Of a stretch of DNA of 64,000 nt, positions 1 to 13,819 are shown in pieces. Both the position numbers and the translations under genes were made by a program. Each line of letters begins with the position of its first letter. Positions within the stretch are counted from its first letter, which is position 1. The stretch is from Carcharhinus amblyrhynchos (Eukaryota), in assembly GCA_965287045.1 (NCBI GenBank), contig OZ336885.1:64914001-64978000 (forward strand), read 5' to 3'. A model generated the notes under the pieces. The model worked only from the letters and a program-made list of their open reading frames with translations, had not been told where the DNA came from and made no database searches.

Positions 1-19
1 TGGAACGCAACGATGCAGC

Positions 20-1210
20 ATTTATTGATTGAATTGTCACAAGGGTGTAGCCAAAGAACAACTTAACATGAGATAGGTCCATTCAGAAGTCGAATGGCAG
101 CAGGCAAGATGCTGATCTGAGTCGGGTGGCATACTACCTCAGACTTTTGCATCTTTCCGTGGACGGTATAATATGTGAGATATGTTCGTGTTGCATGGGG
201 TTGTTGATTACGCTGGCTGCTTTTCCGAGGCAACAGGAGGTGTAGACCGAGGTACTAGGTGGAAATCCTGTTAGTGTCATGTTTCAGGCTGAGTTTACTT
301 TCCTTTTTAATTTGATCTTGGACAAAACAGAAGCAGCACCAAACTGTGATGAAAACAGAGACGATTCACTCTGCGGTGCATGTGTAAAAGCTGACGAGAG
401 TCAGAGTGGAATTGCCTGATTTCCCCAGCCTCGTGAAATAAATCGAGGCATTCGAAGACATTATTAACTATAACGTCGGCGTGAAAATGTCAGGGCAGAT
501 TTTTGGTGATTTTTATACCAAGATATCGGAAGCCGTCAGCACATTTTAATTCATCTCGTTTGATATGGGCAGGAACATATCATCCATGAAGCGTCCAGCA
601 GTTAATGCCAACCATCCGCCCCACCCCCCCACCCCCAACCCCCACCGCCATTACCTCCTCACAACCGGCACATCCCTCATTTCTCCCGTTTCACTGACAA
701 TAAGAGAGGGCCCAATTCACCAGACTTACCATTTGATTCATGTGTTCTGCCTCATTATTGTGAAGAACAAAAATACTACGGTGCTGTCATCAACATACCT
801 GAATATCGAGATCGAGGGGATTGTGACCACAAATCCATTGGTGTGCAAGAAGTATTTTAAGGCCTCGGAACAAAGCATATCTCCGGTGCTGAAGATAACA
901 GAGGGACTTCTGCTGCGGCCTGCCCTTACTCATTGCAGTCAATGAATTAGTTAATAAAGGAGCCAGTTGCACAACGAGGACAGCGGCAGGCCATGGATTT
1001 TGGAGATTTGTTTTTCGCAAAAACACTGACATGTCATCAATTAATAGCAGTCTGGCATATGTGTCTGTTTAACCAGATGTTCCAGATCTGAGCGTAAGGC
1101 CTGAGAGATGTCGTCTGCTGTATAACTGTTGCCGCAGGAGGCGAACTGTAGTGGATCGTGGGAATCTGGAAGGCCGGAACTGCTCGATGTCATTACCAGA
1201 AATTCGAATC
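20..1210 (-). mobile_element. Decayed Rex1/Babar-like LINE (RT 3' half and 3' end)
   Basis: Visible homology to 7052-8005, 42860-43490 and 57325-58035 (e.g. gaactgtagtggatcgtgggaatctggaaggccggaactgctcgatg vs 57952-57997). The 42990-43259 copy translates to a Rex1-like C-terminus (ARSITQTRLSSIDTVEASRCVGK). Confidence 0.7.
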
Positions 1211-1499
1211 TGTTCTGATGATATATGTCCGAGCCACCGGGCAATAATCATTCAGCTGCGAAATGAAAATATTGCAAGAACAATTCACGGCCTGATAATA
1301 AACATTTGAAATATACACACAAACGATACTTTAAGGTTAGATGAGCCGATATTTGCGAACACCGGTTGATGTTATCCTTGTATAAGAAAGGAGCGAAAGT
1401 AATGTTGTTGGCATGTCTGATAGTGAAACAAATGCCTGCAGAATTAGCGATTGTAACCCTGGAAATTGATGCAGCAATTAAAAAGGAACATATGCTGAA

Positions 1500-4400
1500 T
1501 GAATACAGCAGAGTTGTAAGCATCTTGGGAGACAGAACGAAAGTTTATACTTTTACTCAACATAAACCTGTCAAATGTAACTGGGAATTTCCACCTCTAC
1601 TCAAACTTGGTACCCATTGCACCACTTTGCAAATGTATCTGTTTTGCAGAATAGTTTGAAGACAATGGTAATGGGAGAAAGGAATAAGCGTCTGTTAAAA
1701 TGAGAGACACGTTTAAAAAAAAAAATTCTCCTTGTTCAAGTGCTGACATAAGTGTATTGATATTTTTTTCAACATTCATACCATGATATTTGCATTGCAT
1801 TGATTTAATAATAGGCCATATTTGCTCTTATTGCAGTGCCTAGCATCAATGCATGAGATATCTGTTGTAAACTTTATTTGCATTAAGTAACACTCTGGAA
1901 CTTGTTAGAATTTGCCTTCTTACAGCCAATGCAGACTCGAGGGTCTCAATGAAAACTCGAAGGTCTGCAATAGAATTCTAAAATACTCACGTGTTGTGAC
2001 TGAGGCTTACTTTAATACTTTCAAAACCGTATGACTTGTAAGTAATTCGCAGTCTCCATAACATGCAAATATCTGTTACGGCCGCGTGCACTTCATTCAA
2101 ATACAACTGCTTCACAATGTTTAGTATGAGATGTGTTTTGCAATTTGACTTGATTTCAGCAGCTTATTCAAAACGTCAGTGATAAATGTTTTCAAGGAAG
2201 CAAGTCATTTCCTGCAAGCATCTTGAAATTATAACCGTGTGTTCAGCACGATTAGAAAAAAAAGAATGCTGATTTGTGTGCAAATGGTTTTGTTTCACCA
2301 GCACCGACTCAGTGCACATCTTCAAATCCGCCTGCCATCAATTTGAAGAATCAACACTGAAATTAGTTTTTGACTGCAGTGTGACGTTGTTGCTTTGCTG
2401 ACAAGAGGGTTTCAGAAATCTTCTGTTGATTTCGATAGTGTAACGCTCTCCGATCCCTGCACAAGTTAACTCAGAATAATGTTGCTCTCTCTGGGGAAAT
2501 CGTGACAGTATTGATTGCAGTATAAGCAAGCAATTGTGCTTGCTTATCCATTATTATGTGCTTGAAAATTAAATGTGGGCTGAGAAATGCATTCGTGCGT
2601 TTTGAATGCGTGCAGCATAAAAATACCAAAAATTGGGCGACACGGTGGCAAAGTGGTTAGCCTTGCTGCCTCACAGCGCCAGGGACCAGGGTTCAATCAG
2701 AGACTCGGCCAACTGTCTGTGTTGTGTTTGCACATTCTTCCCATGTCTGCTTGTGTTTCTTCCTGATTCTTTGGCTTCCTGCCACAGTCCAAACATGAGT
2801 TTGGTTGATTTGGCAATGTTAAATTGCCACTTAGTGCCGGTGGGGTGGGGGGGGGGGGTGCAATATTTGGTTATCTTAATAGATCCTTGAAGGAATTGCG
2901 GTCGCTGCGGACACCATGGGCCGATTGCCTGATTCTGCTCGGTGTGATTCCATGATTCTATATTTCTATCTAAACATGTACTGCTTCTCCTTGTGTGCGC
3001 TCTCAACATATGAAAAAATGTATAATGCATAGACATTGTTTGACTATCGACGACAATGCTTGTTTATTATACTGTAACGTTCTACGCAGCTCTCTGTGGG
3101 ATAAATCGTCTTTGAGATGTAGTTATGCGTGGTGACATTTTGAAATGTTGTCGTACTGCATACCGTCATAGGCATCTTTGTCGCTTGCTGTTGTTAATAC
3201 ATCTTTCATTGTTCGAGACAGGTTCTAATCTGTACGTGTTCACGTTTGGATTCGTGTACAGGGCAACAGGGCAGATTTCAAAACTATCAGATCCATAATA
3301 GAAAGTGAGCAGACTCTGAGAGTTTTCAGAAGAGAATATTCCAGCCATCTTGCCAGCTGAGATATAGTTATCACAAGCAAATTCCGCATCTGCTGGGAAT
3401 TTCGTGGAAGCAGATCCACCGTCCTTGGATAAACAACAATGGTTCTTACTGCTGATTAAAAAAGATCCAGAAGTTACAAATCCAAAGCTATTGAGTTACT
3501 TAATCTTTAACAGCAAAATGAAGATAAAACGATACATTATAAAAACTTCAGATGAGCCATTCGGTCCCTTAAATCTTCTTGCCCGAAATCTCAGAACAGT
3601 TTATGTCTTTCTGCGTTTGCAATTCTACTTTCATCATTTCTAGAAATTATTAGCGTTCACATAAGTTTATTCTGCTTTAACGGTATCTAATGGCCTGCCT
3701 TCCACAGCAGAATGATGCAGAGCTGTGGGAATCGCATAAACTTCATAGCAAGCATGTCTCGCAGCTTCAAACTGCAGTCCACAAAAACACCTTCTCTCCA
3801 GCTGGAGAACCATAGCGAATCCTGTGAAACTTCCACATGAAATTTAATCGTGAAATAGCTGGACTGAAAAGATGCATACAGCATACGAGATGATGCGAGC
3901 TGCCGTGCGTTACTGAAGCATATCTTTATTAAACATTTTTAAATTGTATCATACCAAATAATATAATTCATTTCAAATTCGAGATTATTTTTGAGCCTTC
4001 CTGCAACATGTTGCTGTTTCATGAGCAATAACATCTAAGTTATGGTGCACCTCAATTTTCTAAAGTTGTTCGCCACTGAAACAGCGCACTACTTTCGTTT
4101 CATTTATGCCACAGTGAGAAAGGAAACATCATATTTCCTGCATTATGCTCCAGAAAGGAGGCTTTTTTTTTGCCAATTTTCAATTCACTTACTATGCCCA
4201 CCACTTATTAGTTTTCCGTTAGCATGTCGTTTTTTTTTTGTATTCGTGATAATATTGTTTTCACCTGCTTTTTGATCTATGAAATTTGACATTTTTTTAT
4301 TCCCTCACATTAAAGTTAGTTATGCAAGGTATGAGACAATCAGGCGCATGCCTTGTGGGGTTCTCCAGATGCTATCTTGTTTAAGTGACAAAGAACATTT

Positions 4401-5415
4401 TAAGCACATACTGTTACTATTTTCCTGAAAATACGTTTTACAACGAAGCGAATATACGACCTAGAGTCTCATGAGATTATATTTCCCCTGTGAACCTTGA
4501 CGAAAACTTAACACATTCCTGACAAATATCCCAATTCAGTTGGCAGATAAACTCATCGTGAACAGCGACATATTTTGTTCCTGCAGCTCACCCTGATAAT
4601 TTAATTTATCTCTGGCGATGGCATGCTCTCGTTTTGCTTGTTGTCTTCCGTTTTGTAATTGCGTAGCTACAGTCCTGTGAGATATCCACTTGGCATAAAG
4701 AATATAACACTGAGAGGAACGAAGTCTGATGTGTCTGTATATGCCCACTGCATGTGGCAGGGCAAATGGATAATTTGGTGACCAAAATAAAATCATTGTT
4801 TTCTATTGCCGGTGGCACATTTCGACCTGCAACTGGGATGCAATCAACACATTTGATGCGAAGATACTTAGGTCTTAATTAGAACGCTCTGCTACTGATC
4901 TGGTCATTAAGATCATGAACCAGTAACAGCTCCGAACGGAGCACACATGATATTTACAAATTTCTTCAAAGGACATGGATGTCGCTGCATTAAGCAGAGT
5001 TTGAATCGTCTTGTAATTTGTAACAGAGAACACAGAGTGCCACATTGTGATTAATCTGTTATTTTTATGTATTTTCCAGAAAAGGTGGAAGGAACTAAAC
5101 AGTTTCTCTGACAGAAGTGATCATTTGCATTGTACTGTGGTTAGACGATCAGAGTGGACCTGGATATTACACGTTCACACTCAGACAATTCTCGGCATCC
5201 AAGCTGAACTATAGTTGATGCTTAAAATTTGAAATCGTGCAGAAGTGTATTGACACTGAATGCAAGCTGTGATTTGCAAGGCCGTACAGCACATGCTGGA
5301 AAGTTGTGACTTCCAAGGCCACAAAGCACGTGCTGAACTTTGCATTACAGTGCACGGCTCATTGTTTCTTTCATTTCTGGACGGCCAGGCAACCACAACT
5401 TCCAAAGCTAGGTAA
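1500..5415 (-). mobile_element. pol: Highly decayed Gmr1-like Gypsy pol (IN -> RT -> RNase H), copy A
   Basis: Minus-strand remnants in Gmr1 order. IN core ~5050-4820 (KTIQTLL..TSMSFEEIC..AERSN). IN C-terminus ~4790-4450 (WSPNYPFALPHAVG; SRFTGKY ~ ARFSGPY). RT ~3850-3180 (VFVDCSLKL ~ LCVDYRKV; TKFP..KMAGIF ~ EFP..GMSGFY; MKDVLTTA ~ LKAVLTTA). RH ~2520-2300 (CAGIGERY ~ DVGIGAVL). Confidence 0.7.
2635..2961 (+). mobile_element. HE1-like tRNA-derived V-SINE
   Basis: tRNA-like head (gtggcaaagtggttagc...ggttcaatc), V-domain-like core (ctgtgttgtgtttgcacattcttcccatgtctgc...cctgccacagtccaaa), CR1-like tail (gggccga...tgattccatgattcta). Confidence 0.85.
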
Positions 5416-5419
5416 CATT

Positions 5420-6455
5420 TGATTGAGGTTTTCCATTAAAACCCCACAGGGCGAAGAAATGATATTTATCATTCCGAACCAATGCGAAACGGCATCGACC
5501 CCATCAGAAGACAAACATGGGACACAGTGGAGAGAGTACGCTTCGTTGTCCAGTACTTCCCCAAACTGAGAAGCCATGACTTTTTTTTTCCGGAGCCTTC
5601 AAAATGTCATTATTGAAGACGGGCATCTCGCAAAGGACATCCTCACACCCCCACTTCTTGCGTTCAAACAACCTCAAACAAACATTGTCCACAGCAAACG
5701 GCGCAAGCTTCTGGAGAATAGTGACCACAACACCAAACCACCCTACCACAGCAACCTGTGCACGACGTGTCGGATCATCGGCATCGGTGCCATCATCTCA
5801 CATGAGCACACCATCCACCAGATACAAGGTCCATACACTTGGCCAACGTTGTCCAACCTGATATGCTGCAGGAAATGATGTGTCAAGGCATGGCATAATG
5901 TGGCATTCATTCAGACGATACGACAACGGTTGAATGAACACAGCTCGATAATCACCTGCAAGAGTTTTCTCTTCGTGTTGGGGAATACTTGAGCCGTCAC
6001 GGGCATTCGGCCTGTATTATTCCGATAAGCATTGTCTAAGGTTGCCTCTAGGACACAAGACACCGCAGAGTCTCTGAGCAGAGATTGAGAACCAAAATCC
6101 GCAGACATGAGGACAGTGTGAACCGGGATCTTGGGTTCATGTCACTCTATCTGTAAGCTCCACGACTTGCCTCGGCCTGCAATATCTCACTAACTGTCTT
6201 GGCTGGAAACAATACTCGTCTCTTTAATCTGTGCTTCACACTCTCTCCAGTCGCATTGCCTGTACCTTAAAGATTGATTACCTGAAAAGACTTGCAAGCC
6301 ATCCATGGCTTTGTAAATTCAGTCTGTTTGTTTATATGCCATGTTTGTGAACAGATCTCCCGCTCACCTGATGAAGGGCAGCACTCCAATAGCTTGCGGC
6401 TGCAGCGACCAAATGAACCTATTGGGCTTTACCGGGTGTAGTGAGACTTCTTGCC
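5420..6455 (+). mobile_element. Penelope-like element, 3' part (linker/GIY-YIG region, 3' end with hammerhead remnant)
   Basis: ORF 5576-5878 reads PPLLAFKQP..ENSDHNT..NLCTTC..I, a Penelope linker/Zn motif, followed by a frameshifted GIY-YIG-like region (..QTIRQRLNEH). The 3' end has cacctgatgaagg at 6365. Confidence 0.85.
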
Positions 6456-6469
6456 ATGATAAATTGCCC

Positions 6470-7045
6470 ATTGCATCAATGGAACAAAGTGGGTAAATAT
6501 GTGAATGAACTGAGATAGGTCAATGGAGGGAATGAAGATATTGAAGTCTCGAAATGCCGAACGGTTTCTTTCCATCATGTTTAAATAAATTTTGTGGATC
6601 AATGTCTAACGGTACATGTGGTGGCATGCAAATACCCTTCTTATCAAATAATATTCAAAATATAATGCAGCTAGGAAGTTTGTTGCAATGAAATAACACC
6701 AATAACTGAGAACCAAAAAAAATCTGTCCACCTTACAAGTTTGACACGTTGCCAACTCTGCGTGCCATTGTATAAATGTAGTGAGGTTTTATTTTTTGCC
6801 ATCAATTCGTTTGTTTATAAAGATCAAAGGCAAAATAAAGAATACATAATTTCAGTTGTGTCAAATGATCAGATCATAGTATAGAATGTGACTGCCATTT
6901 TTTAACAGGGTGTTGATTTACAAAACATGTTTTTCTTCAGTACCATGGCGGTTTGGCAAATGACATCGACCACTATTTGTTTGGCTTCCCTGGAAAGAAT
7001 GTCATGTACAGAATCCTGTATGTCGATCAGCAGTTTTCTGCTGAG
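6470..7045 (-). mobile_element. pol: Decayed Gypsy IN N-terminal region (continuation of copy A)
   Basis: Lies directly 5' (on the minus strand) of the copy A integrase once the Penelope insertion is removed. Residual protein similarity is weak. Confidence 0.4.
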
Positions 7046-7051
7046 ATATAG

Positions 7052-8005
7052 GTTTGATTTGGTTTGATTTGATTTATTATTGTCACGTATATTGGTATAA
7101 CTGTAATACAATGTTTCTTGCATGCTATACAGACAATGCATACCATTCATAAAGATGGATATGAGAGGATGAAAAGTTCAAAGTTACAGTTATAATTAGA
7201 CGACACAGTTAAAGACCAACTTAATATCAATCACGTCCATTCAAAAGTCTGATAGCAACAGACAAGAATCTATTCTTGACTTGGTTGGTCAGTGGCCTCA
7301 GAAATCAGTCTGATTTTCTCGACGGAACAAGTTTGAAGACATATGTCTTCGGCACATGGAGTCAACGATTAACCTGGCTGCTATTCTTAGGCAGCGGGAA
7401 TGGATGACAAAATCAGTACAGGAAGACGATTTTGAATGATGGATCGCGCTTTGTTAATGATTATTGGTCGTTTCATCAGGTCTTGGACAGATCTGGAACC
7501 ATAGAAAGCTGAAATACCAATTGAACGAATGGTTTATGTTGTGGATCTGTAAAAGTTAATGACAGTCGTAACGGAAATGCATAATTACCTTTGGCTCCTA
7601 TGAACGTAATCTTAGGTAGGCTCTCTTATCTATAGTGTCGGCATGTAGGGACCAGCATTGATTGTTGGAGATCTGCGTACCGAAATCTTGAAGTTCTTGG
7701 TCAATTCCACTTCATAACCTTCCATATAGACAGGAACATGACCACAATATGCTTCCTGTATTCGATGATTGTTCCTTACATTAGATATACATTGTGGCAG
7801 GTATTATTGTCGTCCGGCTCATTCACCACATTCTGCATCTGTATCCGATACTCCGTCTCAACGTTGTTTGTTGAAGAATGACGATGGTGTCATCAACAAA
7901 CTTGAAAATTGAATTGGAGAGGAAATAACTACATGCCATAAGCTTGTAAGGAGTATATTAAAGAACTAAGTACAAAGCCTTCAAGGATACAAGTGTTGAG
8001 GATGT
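7052..8005 (-). mobile_element. Decayed Rex1/Babar-like LINE 3' fragment
   Basis: (TTTGA)n tail complement at 7052-7075 followed by ttattattgtcacg, as at 42860. Homologous to the other Rex1-like copies. Confidence 0.75.
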
Positions 8006-8047
8006 CTCCTTCTATACAGTAGGGATTCTATGAACTTCTACTATCTA

Positions 8048-9240
8048 CGACGTCCCAACTTCTGTTTTCAATCTTCTGACCAATGAAACAATGCAGGCAG
8101 AATGCCTTTTTCACCGTTCTGTCCAAATGTGACTCCGTTTTCACCCAATTATGAATCTGTACAACTAGCTGCTTTAATTATACTACTCTGGCCAACACCA
8201 GAATTGAATAAATCCTGTCGTGGCTTGATCCAGCAACATGAATAAGAGCGCGTATATCCAGATTAGACTCTATTTATCATTCATTGGCCCACGAGCCAAA
8301 TTGCTCATGTTCCCGTTGCAAATTCAGAAAAAACTTTTTCACTGTCCAGTCCGACATCAAACTTGGTGTCATTTGCAAACTTGCTAGACATGCCTCTTAC
8401 ATTGTCATGCAAATTATTAATACACATGAAAATAACCGTGTACCCAGCACAGATCCCTAAAAAAAAACGCAAATTACTGACAATTGATTTTCCATTCTCA
8501 AAATGCCTCTGATAAGTTCCTGCCACTCTAAAACCAGCAGATAATATCTCTTACAATGCCTTTTCACAGCCCACCCAGTATAGATGTTCTGCTCCACAGC
8601 CTCTCTGCTGGTTTTATTAAACAAAGGCACAACATTTGCCACCCTCAATAATGGTTGTGATGATTCAAATCTATCTCTGTTAGAGGACACACAATTTACT
8701 CTTACCCTCATAACCTCCTCAGATATACCTCATCAGATCCCGGTGTCATTTCACCCTTGATGCACGATACGATTTCCAGCTCCAACCTCTCTGTGATACG
8801 TAAACTCATCTTAACATCACTATTTTTTTTTCAAATTTCCCGAAACACACATCCCTTTTGCAACAATAAATGCTGATGAGAAATACTCATCTATGATATC
8901 ACCCATCGCTTGCGCATTTGCACACAAATGATATTATTCAGATTTTAGAGGCCCATTGTCATCTCGTGAAACTTTTTTTCTCCTATATGTACTTGTAGTA
9001 GCTCTTTGGATTCCCCTGCACCCTGTCTGCCAAAGCAATCACGTTCGCAATGTTTGCCCTCCTGATTTGTAACTTGTTCCTATTCCTGCGCCATCTATAC
9101 TTTTCAAGAGATCCTTTTGTTCCCAGCTTTCTATATATGCCATATGCCTCCGCATGCTTTTGAGCAGGACTCAATATCCCGATACATCGAAAGTTCCCCA
9201 TATCTCGCAGTATTGTCCCTCACTTTAAAAGGAATGTGCA
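8048..9240 (-). mobile_element. Decayed CR1/HER1 LINE ORF2 fragment
   Basis: ORF remnants INNL..SKFANDTK (~ SKFADDTK), ANVVPLFNK and NPKSYYKYI. Confidence 0.85.
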
Positions 9241-9264
9241 CATATTTTACAGACTTAAACCGTA

Positions 9265-9745
9265 TTTATTTTGTGCAAGATCCCTGATGGGCAAGGCAGA
9301 AGAACTCAGGTCATGGATGGGTGCATGGGACTAGCATATTATAGTTATTACTGAAGGATGGCTAAGGGAGAGACAAGACAGGAACCTCAATGTTCCAGGG
9401 TACAGAATCTATGAGAAAGATAGAATAGGGGGTAAAATAGGAGGGGGAGCTGCACTTTTGAAAAGGGAATTCAGTACAGCAGAACTGAAAGGGTGCACAT
9501 CCGACGGTGCGCTCAATGATTCGTTTTTGTAGAAATGAGAATTAAGAAGACGGTATCATTTTGAAAGGGTTGTAATATATGCCTCCAATTAGTCAGCATG
9601 AAAATGAGGAACAAAGATGTAATTGGGTTATAGATAACTCCAAGACAAACTGCATACTAATTGTAGGGCATGTTAACTTTCCCAGCATTGACCGAGACAG
9701 CCATAATATGACAGCTTTGGGTGGAGATAAATCTATTTAATTTAT
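9265..9745 (+). mobile_element. CR1/HER1 LINE endonuclease fragment (head-to-head with previous)
   Basis: gaactcaggtcatggatgggtgcatgggac...gttattactgaagg (~ELRAWI..ITETW), gggggagctgcactttt (GGAAL ~ GGVAL), gggcatgttaacttt (~GDFNF). Confidence 0.8.
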
Positions 9746-9759
9746 TTAGGGGGAATTTC

Positions 9760-11700
9760 ATATTCAGTATTTGTGTGGTCAGGCATTTTCTCTGGTCTTT
9801 ATTAATGATTAACATAATCTGTCGCTCTGTCCATAATAGACATTTGTGCAGATTCAATGAATTTTCAATCTATTACCTTAAATTAGCAAGGCAGTGTCTT
9901 AATTTTTACGACAATCTATGTTGTCTGTTGTATTTATCTGCGTCACGACAAATATGTGTTCCAAATCACTATATAATTCAATATATTGGCATATTTCAAT
10001 CTCTGGCATTATATATATTATATACAAACAGCATTTCAACTTTGTTCCATTGATGTCTGAATTAAACATTCTGCCAAGATCATAGCGATAGTGATATCAA
10101 TGCATTCAGAAACAATTCCTTGAATCTGAGGAGAGACTGAGGGATTTAGGGTTGTTTTCGTTGGAAAGAAGGCGGCTAAGAGGGGATCTTATTGAAACAT
10201 ATAAGATAATTAGAGGTTTAGATAGGGTGGATAGTGATAGCCTTTTTCCTCGGATGGAGAAAGCTAGCACGAGGGGGCATGGCTTTAAATTAAGGGGGGG
10301 TAGCTACAGGACGGATGTCAGGCGTAGGTTCTTTACCCAGCGGGTGGTGAGGGATTGGAATGCCCTGCCTGCTGCAGTTGTAAATGCGTCTAGTTTGGGG
10401 GCGTTTAAGAGATCTCTGGATAGGTTTATGGACGAAAAGGGATTGGTATAGGCTAGTGGGTCATTGTTTTTGTAACTGGTCGGCGCAACATCGTGGGCCG
10501 AAGGGCCTGTTCTGCGCTGTAATGTTCTATGTTCTATGTTCTATGACTGTACTTTAATGAAGGCAGGAGATTTTTTAGGCGGAGTTCGGGCAAAATTATT
10601 CACAAACTGGGTGCGCTTGGTAATACAAATAGTTGTGTGCAGAACAAAAATCTTGTCATTGTAATTGATGGGAGCCGTTTCGCATGACAGTTTTGTCGTT
10701 CCCGATTTAATTCAGACCTCCAAAAAATGTTGATACTTCCTTACCATCACTGCACTTTGATAGTTTTGTGAGAAATAAGGGTAATAAGGACATTTTGCAG
10801 ATATTAGATTTTTTTGCTGAAATCAATCTGAACCCAATGGCTGAAAATGTGTATCCTCGACTGAACTTTGCTGAAGGAATCAACAGATAAATGGCCGAGC
10901 TTCAAATCACATGGCTCACAACAGTTTTTAATCCAGCACAATGGATTTGCATCACATTCGCCAGGAATTATTTATAAACTAGTCATGTTGTACTGTTCAC
11001 CGATCAATCAATCATCATATCATCGCTAATGTTATCATGATATGAGGGATACATTTTCAACAGAGATAAAATGATCAATGACAATTTAACGTTTCCGATT
11101 TTCTGGCATTTACAATACCATAATGATTACCATTGCGATCACTTATTGAGTGTGTTGTGTTGGGCCTGAGAGGCTGTAGCGTCATTTAGTTCTGCCGGGA
11201 ACAACATAACTGCCAGAGTGTTGAATTAAGAGCAGCATCATTTATCCTGCACGATTAAGAATCAAAAGTGAAAACATCAATTTCGAGATATATTGTAATT
11301 CGAGGAACTTTGGGATGTTGACTCTCAGAAACTGTGGCAGAATTTCCAGATTGCGATTATCGTGTGTAACGAAGTCCCCTCGTTAAATTGCGGAGTATTA
11401 AGACCTCTATATTTGATCTGAGCTGAGAACTTTCATCAACATTTGCGTAAAAAATGAATAATGTTGACTGTGTTCTCAATTACTTCCTGTTCAACGCAAT
11501 CTGTCGGTCCCGAGATGAAGATTTTTGTTTAAGCATCCGTTGGCCATTTCCTCAATGTCTCATTATTTACAAATTTAAATTATTGTGTTCATGCATCTAT
11601 GAATTGGCCAGCCTGATAAACCTGCCGCACACTCTAGATAACTATTTTTGTCAATATATTTGTTTGTTCTATCAGTGGGGTGATTTTGCAGCTCTGTTTG
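9760..11700 (-). mobile_element. pol: Decayed Gypsy integrase region, copy B
   Basis: Collinear homolog of 24200-25770, which retains GATERW (~GALERW) and the IN C-terminal helix. Interrupted by a young CR1. Confidence 0.65.
10127..10545 (+). mobile_element. Young 5'-truncated CR1/HER1 LINE
   Basis: Intact C-terminus LFSLERRRLRGDLIETYKI..FFTQRVV..WNALP and (TTCTATG)3 tail. Near-identical to 63131-63500. Confidence 0.95.
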
Positions 11701-12369
11701 TGGGGTTCTCACGTCGTTCTGCAATTCCTCCGTTGACACCGCCTTCCAAATATTGTAATAATTATTTTGCATTTGGTGCTTTTACTCTTGTCTGAAAACA
11801 AAATCTATTTCCTGTTCAGCAGTCCCAAAATCATTACCAATTTGTGCTGGGTGAGAAAGAAAAAAATGCTGAAATACAGGTTGATCTTAATCCAATATGT
11901 GCAAAGTCGCAGCACAGGTTGTATTCAAACAGAGATTATGTCAACTCGTTTATAATTAACCATGTGTATCTAAAACAAAATCTGCCAGTTAAGTGAACTG
12001 GCCGTGCAACATTTTTGAGCCATGTCCCAAAATGTGTAAGTTTCGTGGGATCACTCTTGAAACATATGCGGGATTACAGGGAGAGGAGCAGGATGAATAA
12101 TTCTGTTGCATCGTCGCTGCAGAATCTGGAGCATATGGCCTATTCTGCGCAGTAGGACTTTGCAATTTCTATAATGCTATGGATAACTCACATGTCTAAG
12201 TATTTGAATTGGGTCAGCTAATTAATTATTTCACACTGTAAAGCAAACATTATCCTTCTCTCCAGAAAGTGTTTTGACAATCAACGACCATAAAAAAAAA
12301 CTTAATCTGCACGAGGCAAACAAATTAATTGCTGTGGCCACAGAGGTTCGGAAAAGAGCTAATGTTGTG

Positions 12370-13765
12370 TCTTTGCTCTGAATGAAATGCATGATAATCC
12401 AATTAACCACATGTAGATGAGCCTTGCGTCAGTGGTAGACAAAAAATGGAGAAGACTCTTCGAGACAGGACTTACTCGCACTGGGGCAGAGGTGGAATTA
12501 TCACCGAGAGGCAACATGGTATTAAAAAGGGCAAGCCATGTCTCACTAAGTAGATAGAGTTTTCCGAAGAAATTGTTAAGATGACTCATGAGGGTGGGGC
12601 ACTGGATGCTGTTTACATGGATATAAGTCAGGACATTTAAAATGTGCCTCAAGTCAGAATAGTACAGAAAATGAAGACAGACTGGATCACTGGTGAGCTG
12701 GCAAGATGGATACTAAACTGGCTCGGTCACAGAAGACAGAGGGTACCCGTGAAAAGGTGCGTTTCTGAATGGAGGGCAGTGACAAGTGGCTTTCCACAGC
12801 GATCAGTGCTGGGATTTTGTTGTTTATACATATGGAGTCAAATCAACTGTTTTCATTAGTAAGTTTGCAGATGACAGAAATGTTGGTGGAATTGCAGATA
12901 ACGATGAGGACAGTCAAGGCATCCGTTGGAGGCATGGACAGACAGTTGACAGATTGGGCTTAACCTGGCAAATGTGAGGTACTACATGTTCGAAGGACAA
13001 GCAGATGAGAACGCAGAGTAAATGACAGAACCGTTAAAGATATTGATAGACGGAGGGTTTTCTCTGTGCACGTGCACTAGATCACTGAAAGTGGCAACAC
13101 TTTTGCATGAGCTAGTCAAGAATTCATATAACATGCTTGTCTTATCAGTCGTGGAACTGAGTTTAATAATTGGCAAGTCATGTTGCAGCTTTATAGAACT
13201 TGAATTCGTCCTCATTTGGAATGTGATGTTGAATTTTGAACTATCAAAAGGATATGGATATTTCGGAAAAGGCACAGAAAATATTTCCCAGAATTCATCC
13301 TGATCTGGACGCCATTAACTATGAGAAGAGGTTCGAGAAACTTGATTTGTTCCCACTGGCAAGACGAAGACTGAGGAGGGGCCTGATAGAATTCTACAAG
13401 ATTATGAGGCGATTGGGCAGAGTGGGTCGTTAGACGATGTTTGCGAGAGTGGAAAAGTTAATTACGAGGGGACACACTTATACTGTGTGCGGGGCAAGGA
13501 GGGAAGTAGAGATTCAAGGCTTATTTTTTAAAGAGGGTGGCTGTTTCCTGGAATACGCAGTCAGCGTAGATGTTGGAAGCAGATACAATCCTCATGTTTC
13601 AGAGTTGTCTTGGCAGACACATGAATATGAGGGAATCGAGGGATATGATTATTGGAAGGGAAGTTATTTTAGTTCTATGCGGTGGCATGATGGTTGCGTG
13701 GCTTGGAAGGGCCGAAGGGACTTTATCTGGTGCTCCAATTGTTTTTCTTTTTTTTTGTTCTCTGT
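12370..13765 (+). mobile_element. Decayed CR1/HER1 LINE (RT to 3' end)
   Basis: ORF remnants WILNWLGHRRQRV, ISKFADD and LFPLARRRLRRGLIEFYKIM; gggccgaaggg in the 3' UTR. Confidence 0.9.
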
Positions 13766-13819
13766 ATGAATAACTGATCGAAATGTTGATTCTGCTGCAT
13801 ATTAGTAACTTCTAACAGT

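Noticed and set aside
2635-2710. tRNA gene
   Set aside because: tRNA-derived SINE head running into a V-domain; no complete cloverleaf.
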